From Geminicoccaceae bacterium (GTDB taxonomy: Bacteria > Pseudomonadota > Alphaproteobacteria > Geminicoccales > Geminicoccaceae): DNA of 64,000 nt. This document shows positions 19,984 to 30,929 of the stretch, piece by piece (position 1 is the stretch's first letter; every line of letters begins with the position of its first letter). The stretch is taken from positions 748,173 through 812,172 of the forward strand of contig JAXMCK010000004.1 of the NCBI GenBank assembly GCA_046349395.1. The letters run 5' to 3'. The notes beneath the pieces were generated by a model, which was not told where the DNA came from, searched no databases, and worked only from the letters and a program-made list of their open reading frames with translations. Both the position numbers and the translations under genes were made by a program.

Positions 19984-21288
19984 TCACTGGATCAGAAGCT
20001 GCAGCATCGTGTGCACCACGTCGCGCTGGGCGAGGTTGCCGCCGTGGCCGCCGGTCGGGAAGATCTGCGCCCGGGCGCCGAACACCTGGTTCAGCCACTG
20101 CGGCTCGCCCCTTGAGAGGATGATGTCGTCCTCGTTGCTGATGACCCGGACCCGCTGGTCCTTGCGCAGGAAGCCTTCGATCGCCCGCAGGCTCGCCTGC
20201 TTGATCATGTCCTCGCGGGTTAGGCCCGGATACCTCTTGGCGTAGTACGGCACGTAGACGCCGTCGAAATAGTCCTCGAAATTGAGACCGAAGCCTTTCA
20301 CGAAGACGTCGGTCAGCGTGGTCGGGATGCGGATCACGGCGTTCTTCGGCACGATGTAGCCGGCGTTCGTCATGACGTCGGAGGTGAAGGCGATGTCGTT
20401 CGAGCTGAGCCGGAAGACGAAGCCGATCACCATCTCCAGCTCGCGCTCCGACGGCTCCAGCGTCGTGTAGGCGCGATAGACGAGATTGTCGTCGGTCAGG
20501 TTGATCTGATCGTTCGGATTCGAGTTGGCGACGATCTGCGAGAAGATCCCGTCCAGGAAGTTGCGCACCGCATGCGGATCCTGCCGGACATACTTGTCCA
20601 GCATGTCATCGAGGATGTGGAGCGAGTTGATCAGGTCGACCGACGGGTTGATCATCAGGGCCCGCTTGAAGTCGAACGCATGCAGGCGCGAATCGAGCTC
20701 GGCGACGAAGCCCGTGTGGGTGCCGCCGAGGCTGAACCCCAGGACGTAGTAGCCGGTCGGCTTGATCTCGCCCTTCAGGTCGGCGTCGATCATCCGCATC
20801 ACGCGGTAGATGTCGGCGGCGTCGTTCTGCATGCGACCCGGAATCATCGTCTCCGAAGCCGTCGTGATGAAGCTCGGATGGGTCGGGCTCGGGATCGAGA
20901 CGACGTGGAATCCCACGCTGTAGAGGGCACGCGCGAGCAGCCGCGACGTCTGGGCGTCGGCGCCGGCCCCGGTGCCGCCGATGTTGAAGGCGAGCGGCGC
21001 GTCCGGGAAGGGCTGCTTGAGGAACCAGTAGGGCATGCCGTCCCGGTTGTACCAGAAGATCTCCGGCAGCTTGCGGTTCGGGAAGGGCCGCACGTAGCGG
21101 ATCTCGGCGATCTGGTTGATCCGCGCCTCGCTCGGCAGCTTCGCCTGGTTGGCCTGGGGCGTCTGCGCCACCGTGGCGGCCAGCGGATCGACGAACGGGT
21201 AGGCGTAGGCGCCGCGGAATTCCGCGCGGGCGACGGCGGGGAGCAGCAGCAGGACTGCCAGCAGCGCGGAAGTGACGGCACGACGCAT
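19984..21288 (-). CDS. Secreted alpha/beta-hydrolase-like serine hydrolase
   Basis: The start is set at the internal ATG (MRRAVTSALLAVLLLLPAVARA signal peptide). It carries the nucleophile elbow GFSLGG. It lies 8 nt upstream of mlaA on the same strand. Confidence 0.6.
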   Translation of the reverse strand: MRRAVTSALLAVLLLLPAVARAEFRGAYAYPFVDPLAATVAQTPQANQAKLPSEARINQIAEIRYVRPFPNRKLPEIFWYNRDGMPYWFLKQPFPDAPLAFNIGGTGAGADAQTSRLLARALYSVGFHVVSIPSPTHPSFITTASETMIPGRMQNDAADIYRVMRMIDADLKGEIKPTGYYVLGFSLGGTHTGFVAELDSRLHAFDFKRALMINPSVDLINSLHILDDMLDKYVRQDPHAVRNFLDGIFSQIVANSNPNDQINLTDDNLVYRAYTTLEPSERELEMVIGFVFRLSSNDIAFTSDVMTNAGYIVPKNAVIRIPTTLTDVFVKGFGLNFEDYFDGVYVPYYAKRYPGLTREDMIKQASLRAIEGFLRKDQRVRVISNEDDIILSRGEPQWLNQVFGARAQIFPTGGHGGNLAQRDVVHTMLQLLIQ

Positions 21289-21476
21289 GCGCTCTGCCCT
21301 TGGCCGGAAAGCCCCATCGCTATCCGCCCGCCGAGGGTCAGGCAAGCGCCGCCACAACACAGGCGAGTTGTCGGCCACGGACCATTGACGCGGGGCCGGT
21401 GCCCCTCATGTCACCTTGCGGTGGCGGTCGGCCGTCAGGCAGGGATGTCCGACCCCACCGCATTCTCAGGGGACCC

Positions 21477-21713
21477 ATGCCTCCCGACCTCCGGCTCCTC
21501 GCCTTCCTCGCCTCGAACTGCCTCGCCGGCGTTCTCGCGGGCTGGGTCCTGCTGGCCGGAATCATCTGGCTCGACATCGCCCGCATCGGCGAACTGCTCT
21601 GGACCTCCGAGCACGCCCTCCTCACCCTCCTCCTCGCCGCCGCCGGCTTCGCGGTGACGTTCGGCAGCCTGGCGATGGGCACGGCGATCTTCCTGCTGCC
21701 GAAGGAGGAATGA
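21477..21713 (+). CDS. Small hypothetical membrane protein (two TM segments)
   Basis: Internal ATG of the 21300..21713 ORF. The sequence LLAFLASNCLAGVLAGWVLLAGIIW and LLTLLLAAAGFAVTFGSLAMG is hydrophobic. No family was recognised. Confidence 0.35.
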   Translation: MPPDLRLLAFLASNCLAGVLAGWVLLAGIIWLDIARIGELLWTSEHALLTLLLAAAGFAVTFGSLAMGTAIFLLPKEE

Positions 21714-21797
21714 GGTCGGTCAGGTGTCGTCCGCGTCGCGGCCGTCATCGGAAAGTCAACGTTCAACTTCAAGGACCAGGTCAAGCTGGCCGATGAT

Positions 21798-22097
21798 CTA
21801 AGGCAACTGCGCCGTTACGACCTCGAATCGAACGCGATAATCGATTCGGTCGTATTGATGAATGATAACATCACGAAGTCCGGACATGCCTCGCCAATCG
21901 ATGGCGGGATGCCGAGCTCGCACCTCATCTGGCACTCGCTTTGCTGCCTCACTTATGACCTCTAGTGCCCTCAGCACGGCGTAAAGCGTCTTGCGATCCC
22001 CAGAAAACTCGTTGTAGCCCATAGCGCCCACGAATTCGCAGGCTACACGACAATTCTCAATGATATCCTCAAAATAGTCGAGGACGATGCGTTTCAA
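21798..22097 (-). CDS. hepT: HepT-like (DUF86) toxin of an MNT/HepT type II/VII TA pair
   Basis: R-x4-H-x-Y motif (RDVIIHQY). It has a 4-nt overlap with the upstream MNT gene and clearly lower GC than the flanks. Confidence 0.85.
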   Translation of the reverse strand: MKRIVLDYFEDIIENCRVACEFVGAMGYNEFSGDRKTLYAVLRALEVISEAAKRVPDEVRARHPAIDWRGMSGLRDVIIHQYDRIDYRVRFEVVTAQLP

Positions 22098-22432
22098 ACC
22101 GGCTGGACCTCATCTAGAATTACTTTGCCGATTCGACGTCGCAGTGAGCCGCGCATGACAAGATCGACCGGCAGACCTAGGCGACGTTCAATCTCGTCTT
22201 TGAAGGCGACGAGTTGGAGACCGACCGGCGCGTCGAAATCGACGAGCAGGTCGACATCGCTGTCCGCTCGTTGCTCATGACGGACCCATGAGCCGAAGAC
22301 GCCTAGGTAGCTCACGGGCCAGCGCGCCCGCAGATCGGGCAACATCGCTCGAAGGGCGGCCTTTATCTCGGCGACGTCGGCTGGTCTCATGGTTTCGAAG
22401 CTGTGCTTCAAGTCGCCATCATGCAAGGTCAT
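22094..22432 (-). CDS. mntA: MNT nucleotidyltransferase antitoxin
   Basis: GVFGSWVRHEQRADSDVDLLVD, the pol-beta NTase G-S-x(n)-D-x-D motif. The start could be the ATG at 22432 or at 22390. The longer listed ORF would overlap the upstream SDR gene. Confidence 0.8.
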   Translation of the reverse strand: MTLHDGDLKHSFETMRPADVAEIKAALRAMLPDLRARWPVSYLGVFGSWVRHEQRADSDVDLLVDFDAPVGLQLVAFKDEIERRLGLPVDLVMRGSLRRRIGKVILDEVQPV

Positions 22433-22454
22433 CGATCGACGAGATAAGGGACCC

Positions 22455-23267
22455 TCACACGATCTTCTCCGGATCCCCTGAGAAGTCCGGGCTGATAAAG
22501 GTGCCGCCCTGGAAAAGTTGGTCGAGGTCGGTGCCGGTGATCCTGGTCTCCACCTCGGCGGCGAAGTCCTCGGCATTGTCCTGGGGCCGAAAGCCGAGGC
22601 GATGGGCGTTGGCGTTGTCCCACCAGGAACGGGTGTTGGCGGAGACGCCGTAGACGATCTCGTTGCGATAGTCGGCGGTGAGGCCGACCTCGATCAGGTG
22701 GCAGAAGTCGCGGTAGCTGAGCCAGGTCGAGAGCATCCGCGCATCGACGGGCTTCGGGTAGCAGGAACCGATACGCATCGAGAAGCAGTCGATGCCGTGC
22801 TTGTTGGCGTAGTAGAGCCCGAGATCCTCGCCGAATGCCTTGGTGACGCCGTAGCGTGAGTCGGGCTTCGGGGCCGCCGTGTGGTCGAGCCGCTCAGTAC
22901 GCGGCCAGAAGCCGATCGCGTGGTTGGAGCTGGCGAAGAGAATCCGGCGGGTACTGGCCTTGCGCGCCGCCTCCCAGATGTTGATGCCGCCGATGATGTT
23001 CGAGTGCAGCACCGTCGGCCAGTCCGACTCGAGACCCTGCGCCGCGAGATGCACGCAGACGTCGACGCCCTCCATGAGCCGCTCGACGGCGGGTGCCACG
23101 GCCATGTCGCAGAGCACGAACTCGTCGCCCGCGAACTCCGGCGGGGCCGGCACATAGTCCGCCAGCCGCAGGGCGCTCACACGTCCGCGCAGATGCGCCG
23201 TGAGCACCCTGCCGAGCGCTCCCGAGGCACCTGTGACGAGCACGCGGCCGACCTTGTCCAGTTCCAT
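22455..23267 (-). CDS. NAD-dependent epimerase/dehydratase family SDR (uronate-dehydrogenase-like)
   Basis: VTGASGALG Rossmann motif, S..YGVTK catalytic Y-x3-K, and a C-terminal WWDN pattern seen in Udh-type enzymes. Confidence 0.7.
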   Translation of the reverse strand: MELDKVGRVLVTGASGALGRVLTAHLRGRVSALRLADYVPAPPEFAGDEFVLCDMAVAPAVERLMEGVDVCVHLAAQGLESDWPTVLHSNIIGGINIWEAARKASTRRILFASSNHAIGFWPRTERLDHTAAPKPDSRYGVTKAFGEDLGLYYANKHGIDCFSMRIGSCYPKPVDARMLSTWLSYRDFCHLIEVGLTADYRNEIVYGVSANTRSWWDNANAHRLGFRPQDNAEDFAAEVETRITGTDLDQLFQGGTFISPDFSGDPEKIV

Positions 23268-23396
23268 GCGCCACCTCCCTGACCAGGGTGCAGAGGCTAG
23301 CCCGAAGACCGCGGGCGGTCACGCCGCCTTGACTTCGGAGGGCCCGGAACCCTAGCTGCTGCGCCTGGACGCCCGGCCGGGCCGCGGGGGATTTCG

Positions 23397-23957
23397 ATGG
23401 CGATCGACGAGACGAAAGTGCGCGAGGCGGTCGCGGTATTCGACGACGTCACCTCGCTCGAGGCGGCGGTGAAGGAGCTGCGCACCGCCGGCTTCGTCGA
23501 GGGCTCGATCAGCCTTCTGGCCGGTCACAGCGCCGTCGAGAAGAAGCTCGGCCGCATGTACAAGCGGGTCGAGGATCTCGAGGACGACCCGAAGGCGCCG
23601 CGCACCGCCTATGTCAGTCTCGAGAAGATCGGCGCCCGCGAAGATCGCGTCGTCAGCTCGCTGACGGTGCTGCCGACCATCCTCGCCGCCGGCACCGTGG
23701 TCGCCTCGGCCGGTGCCGTGGCCGCGGCCATCGTCGGCACCGCCGTCGGCGGTGCGCTGATCGGCACGGTGCTCGCCCACTTCATGGACAAGCGCCACGC
23801 CGACTGGCTGCAGGAGCAGCTCGACCGCGGCGGCATCCTGCTCTGGGTCCGCACGCCGACCGAGGACGACGAGCGCGCCGCGATCAAGATCCTGACCGAG
23901 TACTCGACGCACGACGTCCACATCCACGAGATCCCGGCCCCCGCCGACGAGGCGTGA
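23397..23957 (+). CDS. Hypothetical membrane-associated protein
   Basis: Good coding character. The N-terminus VAVFDDVTSLEAAVKELRTAGF is followed by a Gly/Ala-rich TM region. No confident family was recognised. Confidence 0.5.
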   Translation: MAIDETKVREAVAVFDDVTSLEAAVKELRTAGFVEGSISLLAGHSAVEKKLGRMYKRVEDLEDDPKAPRTAYVSLEKIGAREDRVVSSLTVLPTILAAGTVVASAGAVAAAIVGTAVGGALIGTVLAHFMDKRHADWLQEQLDRGGILLWVRTPTEDDERAAIKILTEYSTHDVHIHEIPAPADEA

Positions 23958-23966
23958 GCCGCCGCG

Positions 23967-25472
<1,506 letters not shown>

Positions 25473-25548
25473 GGCTTGCCTCCCTCGTTCTTGCGCGCCG
25501 GAGCCTAGCCGATGCGACGGGCCGGGACGAGCCCGGCCCGCCCTCGGG

Positions 25549-26700
25549 TCACACCTTCATCAGCGCGTCGAGCTTGGCGACGATGCCGTCCAGCACCGGC
25601 TTCAAGAGGTCGCTGACACCCGGGATGCCGATCGCCTTGTCGATCGCCCCCTGAATCGCCGGCATCGCCGCCGCGACGAGCCCCGCCAGCGCGGACTTGC
25701 CGGCCGCCGGCAATTGCGCCGCCGCGGTCGACATCTGGTCGACCTGGGTCGCGGCGTCGTTGAGCTTCGGCAGGGCCGCCTGGGCGCTCGCCGCATCGGT
25801 CACCGAGCCGAGCGAGCCTGTGACCGACTCCACCAGCGACTTCAGCTGGCTGCCGAGATCGACGCCGCCGACGGTGAGATTGGCTGCGGCCGGTGCCGCC
25901 GTCGTCGCCGCCGGGGCGGGAGCGGTCTGCACGGCGGGTTCCTGGCGGCTGCCGCCCAGATAGTTCCACCCCAGCAGGGCGGCCACCACCGCGACGGCGA
26001 TGTAGATCCACTTGCCCATGCCCGAGACGCGGTTCGGCTGGGGCGGAGGCGGCGGTGGCGGCATCGGTGCCCGCGGGGCCGCCGTCTGGGCCTTGGCCGC
26101 GAACTGGTGCGGTGCGCTGGCGACGGCGGCCTTCGGCGGGCCCAAGCTGTCGAGCAGGCCCGTGCCCTGCAGCAGGTCGCCGAAGCCCTTGGGCATCGCG
26201 GCCGCAATATTGTCCTTCTGCCCGGCCAGAAGCTGCGTCAGGCCGCCGGCATTGAGGCCGCCCGCGGATACCTGCTTGCCGATCACGCTCATGATCAGCG
26301 GACCTGCCAAGCCTAGCAGCGACTTCGCGGTGCCGTCGCCGAGGCCGGCGAACTTGGCCACCGCCGCGATGAGTGCCGTCGCGGTCCCGCCGCCCAGCAG
26401 GCTGGAGATCAGGCCGGAACCCTGCTCGACCAGCTGGCCCTGCCCGCTGCCGCCGAGGATCGAGCCCAGGTTCGAGAGCAGGTCGGGTGCCTGCTGCTGC
26501 TGCCGGTTGACGGCCTCGATCAGCCGGTCGCCGCCGCCGGGCTTCGCCGCTTCACCGGTGAGGCCGGCGAGCAGCCCCGGGATCAGGGCCGCCAGGCCAC
26601 CCTGCGCGCTGTCCTTGTTGACGCCGAATCCGCCGGCGATCTTGCCGATCATGTCCGGCGTGAGCTGATCCATGATCAGCTTGACGAGATTTACGGACAT
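25549..26700 (-). CDS. DUF937-like protein with Pro-rich linker and a TM segment
   Basis: The start is set at [26 protein letters not shown], a typical DUF937 N-terminus. This is followed by a PPPPPPPQP linker, a TM segment ([15 protein letters not shown]) and an Ala-rich C-terminal part. Confidence 0.6.
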   Translation of the reverse strand: MSVNLVKLIMDQLTPDMIGKIAGGFGVNKDSAQGGLAALIPGLLAGLTGEAAKPGGGDRLIEAVNRQQQQAPDLLSNLGSILGGSGQGQLVEQGSGLISSLLGGGTATALIAAVAKFAGLGDGTAKSLLGLAGPLIMSVIGKQVSAGGLNAGGLTQLLAGQKDNIAAAMPKGFGDLLQGTGLLDSLGPPKAAVASAPHQFAAKAQTAAPRAPMPPPPPPPQPNRVSGMGKWIYIAVAVVAALLGWNYLGGSRQEPAVQTAPAPAATTAAPAAANLTVGGVDLGSQLKSLVESVTGSLGSVTDAASAQAALPKLNDAATQVDQMSTAAAQLPAAGKSALAGLVAAAMPAIQGAIDKAIGIPGVSDLLKPVLDGIVAKLDALMKV

Positions 26701-26837
26701 CGAATGTGCCCCCCATTGGATGGACGCTACGTCCATGCCATTCTCTTATGTCGCGGTCCCTAGACCGGCAAGTGACGGTATCTAGGGGTCGCGCAGGCCC
26801 CTCGCCTCGGCCGGCACCGTCGGCTAAGCCTCCTGAC

Positions 26838-29564
26838 ATGAGCGAGCCAGCCAAGAAGCGCCTCGTCCTGGTCGACGGGTCGGGTTACATCTTCCGGGCG
26901 TTCTTCGCCCTGCCGCCGATGACGCGCGCGGACGGAACGCCCGTGAACGCCGTGTTCGGCTTCTCGAACATGCTGTTCAAGCTGATGCAGGACCGGCCGA
27001 ACGACGACCTCGTCGTCGTCTTCGATGCCGGGCGCACCAGCTTCAGGAACGATCTCTACGACCAGTACAAGGCCAACCGCGACGAGGCGCCGAACGAGCT
27101 GATCCCGCAGTTCGCTCTCGTCCGCGAGGCCGCCCGCGCCTTCGGCCTGCCCGCCGTCGAGCTCGACGGCTACGAAGCCGACGACCTCATCGCCTCCTAC
27201 GCCCGCTCGGCACGGGAAGCCGGCGAGGAGGTGCTGATCGTCTCCTCCGACAAGGACCTGATGCAGCTCGTCGCTTCCGGTGTGGAGATGTGGGACCCGA
27301 TGAAGCAGAAGCCCATCGGGCCCGCCGAGGTAGTCGAGAAGTTCGGCGTGAAGCCGGAGCTGGTCCGTGACGCTCTGGCCCTGATCGGCGACACGTCCGA
27401 CAACGTCCCGGGTGTCCCCGGCATCGGCCCGAAGAACGCAGCCCAGTTGATCGAGGAGTTCGGTTCGCTCGAAGGCATCCTCGCCAATCTCGACAAGATC
27501 AAGCAGCCAAAAAGGCGCGAGACCCTGCAGCAGAACGCCGACATCGCGCGCCTCAGTTACCGCCTCGTCTGCCTCGACGACCGGGCGCCGCAGCCGGTGC
27601 CGTTGAGCGAGGTCGCCCGCACCGCTCCTGACCCCGCGACCCTCCTCGCCTTCCTGCAGGCGAACGGCTTCAAGTCGTTGGCGGCCCGCATCGAGACGGT
27701 GGCGGCCGCCGCCGAGGTCCACCGTGCCGAGCGCACCGAGAAGGGCCAGCAGCGCTCGATCACCGTCACCTCGCTCGACGAGTTGGACCGCATCCTCGCC
27801 CGCGCCACGGCCGGCGGCATCCTCGCCATCGATGCGGAGACGACCTCGCTCGACATCTGGCGGGCGAAGCTCGTCGGCGTGTGCCTTTCCGTCGAGGAGG
27901 GCGAAGGCTTCTACGTGCCCCTCGCCCATGTCGACGAGTTCGGCCAGCGCCACCCCGGCCAGCTGGATCTCTCGACCGTCGTCGAGCGCCTGCGCCCGGT
28001 GCTGGCCGATCCCGCGGTGCTCAAGGTCGGCCACAACATCAAGTACGACGCCGGCGTGCTGGCCCATTACGGGCTCGTCGTGACGCCGATCGACGACACG
28101 ATGCTGATCTCCTACGTGCTCAACGGTGCGAGTCACGGGCACGGCATGGACGAGCTGGCCCAGCGCTATCTCGACCACGACTGCATCACCTACGAAAGCG
28201 TGTGCGGAAAGGGTGCGGCCCAGATCGGCTTCGCCCAGGTCCCGATCGACAAGGCCACGGCCTATGCCGCCGAGGACGCCGAGGTGACGCTGCGCCTGTG
28301 GCGGAACCTGCGCCCGCGCCTGCTCGAGCAGCGCATGATGTCGGTCTACGAGAGCCTCGACCGCCCGCTCTCGCCCATCGTCACCGAGATGGAGCGGCAC
28401 GGCATCAGGGTCGACGCGCACCTGCTGCGCCGGCTCTCGGCCGAGTTCACCCAGCGCATGGCCGGCCTCGAGGCCGAGGCCTACAAGCTCGCCGGCCGCA
28501 GCTTCAACATCGGCTCGCCGAAGCAGCTGGGCGAGGTGCTGTTCGACGAGCTGAACCTCGGCGGGGCGGGGCGCAAGACCAAGACCGGGGCCTATGCCAC
28601 CGGCGCGGACGTGCTAGAGGAGCTTGCCCTCCAGGGCCACGACCTGCCCCGCGTCATCCTCGACTGGCGCCAGCTGCAGAAGCTGACCCGCACCTACACC
28701 GACACGCTGGTCGAGCAGGTCAATCCGGACACCGGCCGCGTCCACACCTGCTACAGCCTCGCCGCCACCTCGACCGGCCGCCTCTCCTCCAACGAGCCGA
28801 ACCTGCAGAACATCCCGATCCGCACCGAGGAAGGCCGCAAGATCCGCGAGGCCTTCGTGCCGGAGGAGGGCCACCTCCTGGTCTCCGCCGACTACTCGCA
28901 GATCGAGCTGCGCATCCTGGCCGATATCGCCGACATCGCCCCGCTGAAGGAAGCCTTCGCCAAGGACATCGACATCCACGCCGTCACGGCCTCGCAGATG
29001 TTCGGCGTCCCCGTCGAGCAGGTCGGCTCGGACCTCCGCCGCTCGGCCAAGACGATCAATTACGGCATCGTCTACGGCATCGGTGCCTTCGGTCTCGCCC
29101 AGCGTCTCGGGATCCCGCAGGCCCAAGCGAAAGCTTACATCGACAGCTATTTCGAGCAGTATCCCGGCATCCGCGCCTACATGGACAAGGCCAAGGCCGA
29201 GGCCCGCGAGAAGGGCTGGGTCGCCACGCTCTACGGCCGCCGCTGCTACGTGCCCGAGATCAACGTGAAGATCCCCTCACGCCGCGCCTACGCCGAGCGC
29301 GCCGCGATCAACGCCCCCATCCAGGGCACGGCCGCCGACATCATGAAGCGCGCCATGATCCGCACCTGGCGCGACCTGAAGCGCCAGCTTCCCGAGGTGC
29401 GTATGCTCCTCCAGGTCCACGACGAGCTGGTCTTCGAGGTCCCCGAGAAGCAGGTCGAGGACGCCCAGGCGGTCGTGAAGCAGACGATGGAGCGCGCGGC
29501 GGCGATGTCGGTGCCGCTGGTGGTCGAGGTGGGCCACGGGGCCAGCTGGGAGAAGGCGCACTAG
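26838..29564 (+). CDS. polA: DNA polymerase I
   Basis: 5'-3' exonuclease N-terminus (LVLVDGSGYIFRAFFA), 3'-5' exonuclease domain and polymerase motifs (DYSQIELR, RRSAKTINYGIVYG, QVHDEL). The ATG at 26838 was chosen over the longer ORF. Confidence 0.95.
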   Translation: MSEPAKKRLVLVDGSGYIFRAFFALPPMTRADGTPVNAVFGFSNMLFKLMQDRPNDDLVVVFDAGRTSFRNDLYDQYKANRDEAPNELIPQFALVREAARAFGLPAVELDGYEADDLIASYARSAREAGEEVLIVSSDKDLMQLVASGVEMWDPMKQKPIGPAEVVEKFGVKPELVRDALALIGDTSDNVPGVPGIGPKNAAQLIEEFGSLEGILANLDKIKQPKRRETLQQNADIARLSYRLVCLDDRAPQPVPLSEVARTAPDPATLLAFLQANGFKSLAARIETVAAAAEVHRAERTEKGQQRSITVTSLDELDRILARATAGGILAIDAETTSLDIWRAKLVGVCLSVEEGEGFYVPLAHVDEFGQRHPGQLDLSTVVERLRPVLADPAVLKVGHNIKYDAGVLAHYGLVVTPIDDTMLISYVLNGASHGHGMDELAQRYLDHDCITYESVCGKGAAQIGFAQVPIDKATAYAAEDAEVTLRLWRNLRPRLLEQRMMSVYESLDRPLSPIVTEMERHGIRVDAHLLRRLSAEFTQRMAGLEAEAYKLAGRSFNIGSPKQLGEVLFDELNLGGAGRKTKTGAYATGADVLEELALQGHDLPRVILDWRQLQKLTRTYTDTLVEQVNPDTGRVHTCYSLAATSTGRLSSNEPNLQNIPIRTEEGRKIREAFVPEEGHLLVSADYSQIELRILADIADIAPLKEAFAKDIDIHAVTASQMFGVPVEQVGSDLRRSAKTINYGIVYGIGAFGLAQRLGIPQAQAKAYIDSYFEQYPGIRAYMDKAKAEAREKGWVATLYGRRCYVPEINVKIPSRRAYAERAAINAPIQGTAADIMKRAMIRTWRDLKRQLPEVRMLLQVHDELVFEVPEKQVEDAQAVVKQTMERAAAMSVPLVVEVGHGASWEKAH

Positions 29565-29581
29565 CATCGCGGGATCGGGCT

Positions 29582-29616
29582 GTACGCTTGACGTCACGCG
29601 TACGAGTACCTATACT
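29582..29616 (+). promoter_or_regulatory. Predicted sigma70-type promoter of higBA with an overlapping 22-bp palindromic operator
   Basis: -35 TTGACG (29588-29593), a 17-nt spacer and -10 TATACT (29611-29616). The higB ATG at 29622 is only 5 nt after the -10, implying a leaderless or near-leaderless mRNA. The palindrome GTACGCTTGACGTCACGCGTAC (29582-29603, 20/22 symmetric) overlaps the -35. Confidence 0.5.
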
Positions 29617-29621
29617 GTTGC

Positions 29622-29906
29622 ATGATCCGAGGGTTTCGGAACCGCAGAACTGAAAAGTTCGCCGACGGGGAACATGTCCCGCAGTTCGAGCCGTTTCGGC
29701 GGCAAGCGGAGAAACGCCTTCGGCTACTCGAAGCAGCGACGACACTCGATGACTTGGCACAGCTGCCGAGCAACCGACTGGAAGGATTGAAAGGCGACCG
29801 AAGGGGTCAGTTCAGTATCCGGATCAATCGGCAATGGCGCATTTGCTTCACGTGGGCCGCAGGGGCGGATGGTCCAAGTGATGTCGAGATCACGGATTAC
29901 CATTGA
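29622..29906 (+). CDS. higB: HigB-type (RelE/ParE superfamily) toxin
   Basis: FRNRRTEKF...LEGLKGDRRGQFSIRINRQWRICF...VEITDYH, the classic plasmid-maintenance-killer HigB pattern. Confidence 0.85.
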   Translation: MIRGFRNRRTEKFADGEHVPQFEPFRRQAEKRLRLLEAATTLDDLAQLPSNRLEGLKGDRRGQFSIRINRQWRICFTWAAGADGPSDVEITDYH

Positions 29907-30211
29907 GGCACGTCATGGCACGCACCCCGATCCACCCCGGCGAAATTCTGAAGGACGAACTCGACGAGATCGGCATCAGCGCCGCCGAACTGGCGCGGCA
30001 GATCGAGGTGCCGGCGAATCGGATCAGCCAGATCCTCGCCGGCCGCCGCGCCGTCACCGCCGATACGGCACTGCGCCTCGGCCGCTGGCTCGGCACCTCG
30101 GCCGAGATGTGGATGAACCTGCAGAAGACCTATGAGCTGGACCTCGCCCGCCAGCAGGTCGGCGCGTCCATCGATCGGCTGCCGACGCGGGTTTCTGCTT
30201 CGTCGCTCTGA
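29903..30211 (+). CDS. higA: HigA-type HTH antitoxin
   Basis: PIHPGEILKDELDEIGISAAELARQIEVPANRISQILAGRRAVTADTALRLGRWLGTSAEMWMNLQ. The start is at 29903 or at the ATG at 29915. Confidence 0.85.
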   Translation: MRHVMARTPIHPGEILKDELDEIGISAAELARQIEVPANRISQILAGRRAVTADTALRLGRWLGTSAEMWMNLQKTYELDLARQQVGASIDRLPTRVSASSL

Positions 30212-30224
30212 CTTGGACACGCGC

Positions 30225-30515
30225 TCAAAGCGGAACCACCTCCTGCAGCACCCGCTCGCGGAGTGCGGGCCGAAGGCCGGCTTCGGTCACGACGTCGACC
30301 GACACCCCGAGTTCCACTTCGATATCGGCGAGGAAAGCACCGAGGTCGATGAGGCTCCGGCCCGGCTCCAGATCGACGAGCAGATCGAGATCACTCGCTT
30401 GGTCCGCATCGCCACGTGCCACTGATCCGAAGACGCCGATGTTTCGCGCACCATGCCGAGCCGCCAAGTCCAGCAGGCGGCTCCGCTTGCTCCTGATAGC
30501 CGACAAGGTCACCAT
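30225..30515 (-). CDS. Orphan MNT-type nucleotidyltransferase (antitoxin-like) without adjacent HepT
   Basis: GVFGSVARGDADQASDLDLLVD motif. The downstream position where HepT is expected is occupied by the convergent higA end. Confidence 0.75.
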   Translation of the reverse strand: MVTLSAIRSKRSRLLDLAARHGARNIGVFGSVARGDADQASDLDLLVDLEPGRSLIDLGAFLADIEVELGVSVDVVTEAGLRPALRERVLQEVVPL

Positions 30516-30559
30516 CGATCGTCATCCGACTGTTCGATTCGAGGTGGTGCAGCACGTCC

Positions 30560-30929
30560 GTCACCAGTGCACTATAGGGAGTGTGTGCCGGTCCGTCTCT
30601 GCCAAGCGCACCGTCGCCCGGTGGACGCTCGCAAGTGACGACTCGATAGGAGAGGCGGAAGTTTACAACCCAGCCTTGAGACACGCCTCGGCACGCAGCC
30701 CGATCCACCCTGGCGAGATCCTGAAGAACGGGTGCGATGAGGTCGGCCTCAGCGCCGCCGAAGGGCGCGATAGATCCAGGTGCCGGCGAACCGGATCAGT
30801 CGAATCCTCGGCGGCCGCCGCGCTGTCGCTGCGGATACGCCACTGCGCCTCGGCCGCTGGTTCGGCACCTCGACCGAGCTTTGGATGAACCTGCACCAGA
30901 CCTGCGGACTGGACCTCGCCCGCCCGTGA
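30560..30929 (+). pseudogene. Decayed second copy of higBA (higB 3' remnant plus frameshifted higA)
   Basis: DNA at 30676-30929 aligns base-for-base with 29900-30150 (e.g. GCACGCAGCCCGATCCACCCTGGCGAGATCCTGAAG vs GCACGCACCCCGATCCACCCCGGCGAAATTCTGAAG). The ATG is lost (CCTCG vs TCATG). A 1-nt deletion near 30760 shifts the frame. Upstream, ...RWTLASDDSIGEAEVYN resembles the HigB C-terminus. Confidence 0.6.

Noticed and set aside
26760-28421. 553-aa minus-strand ORF
   Set aside because: It is antisense to polA and shows no motifs.
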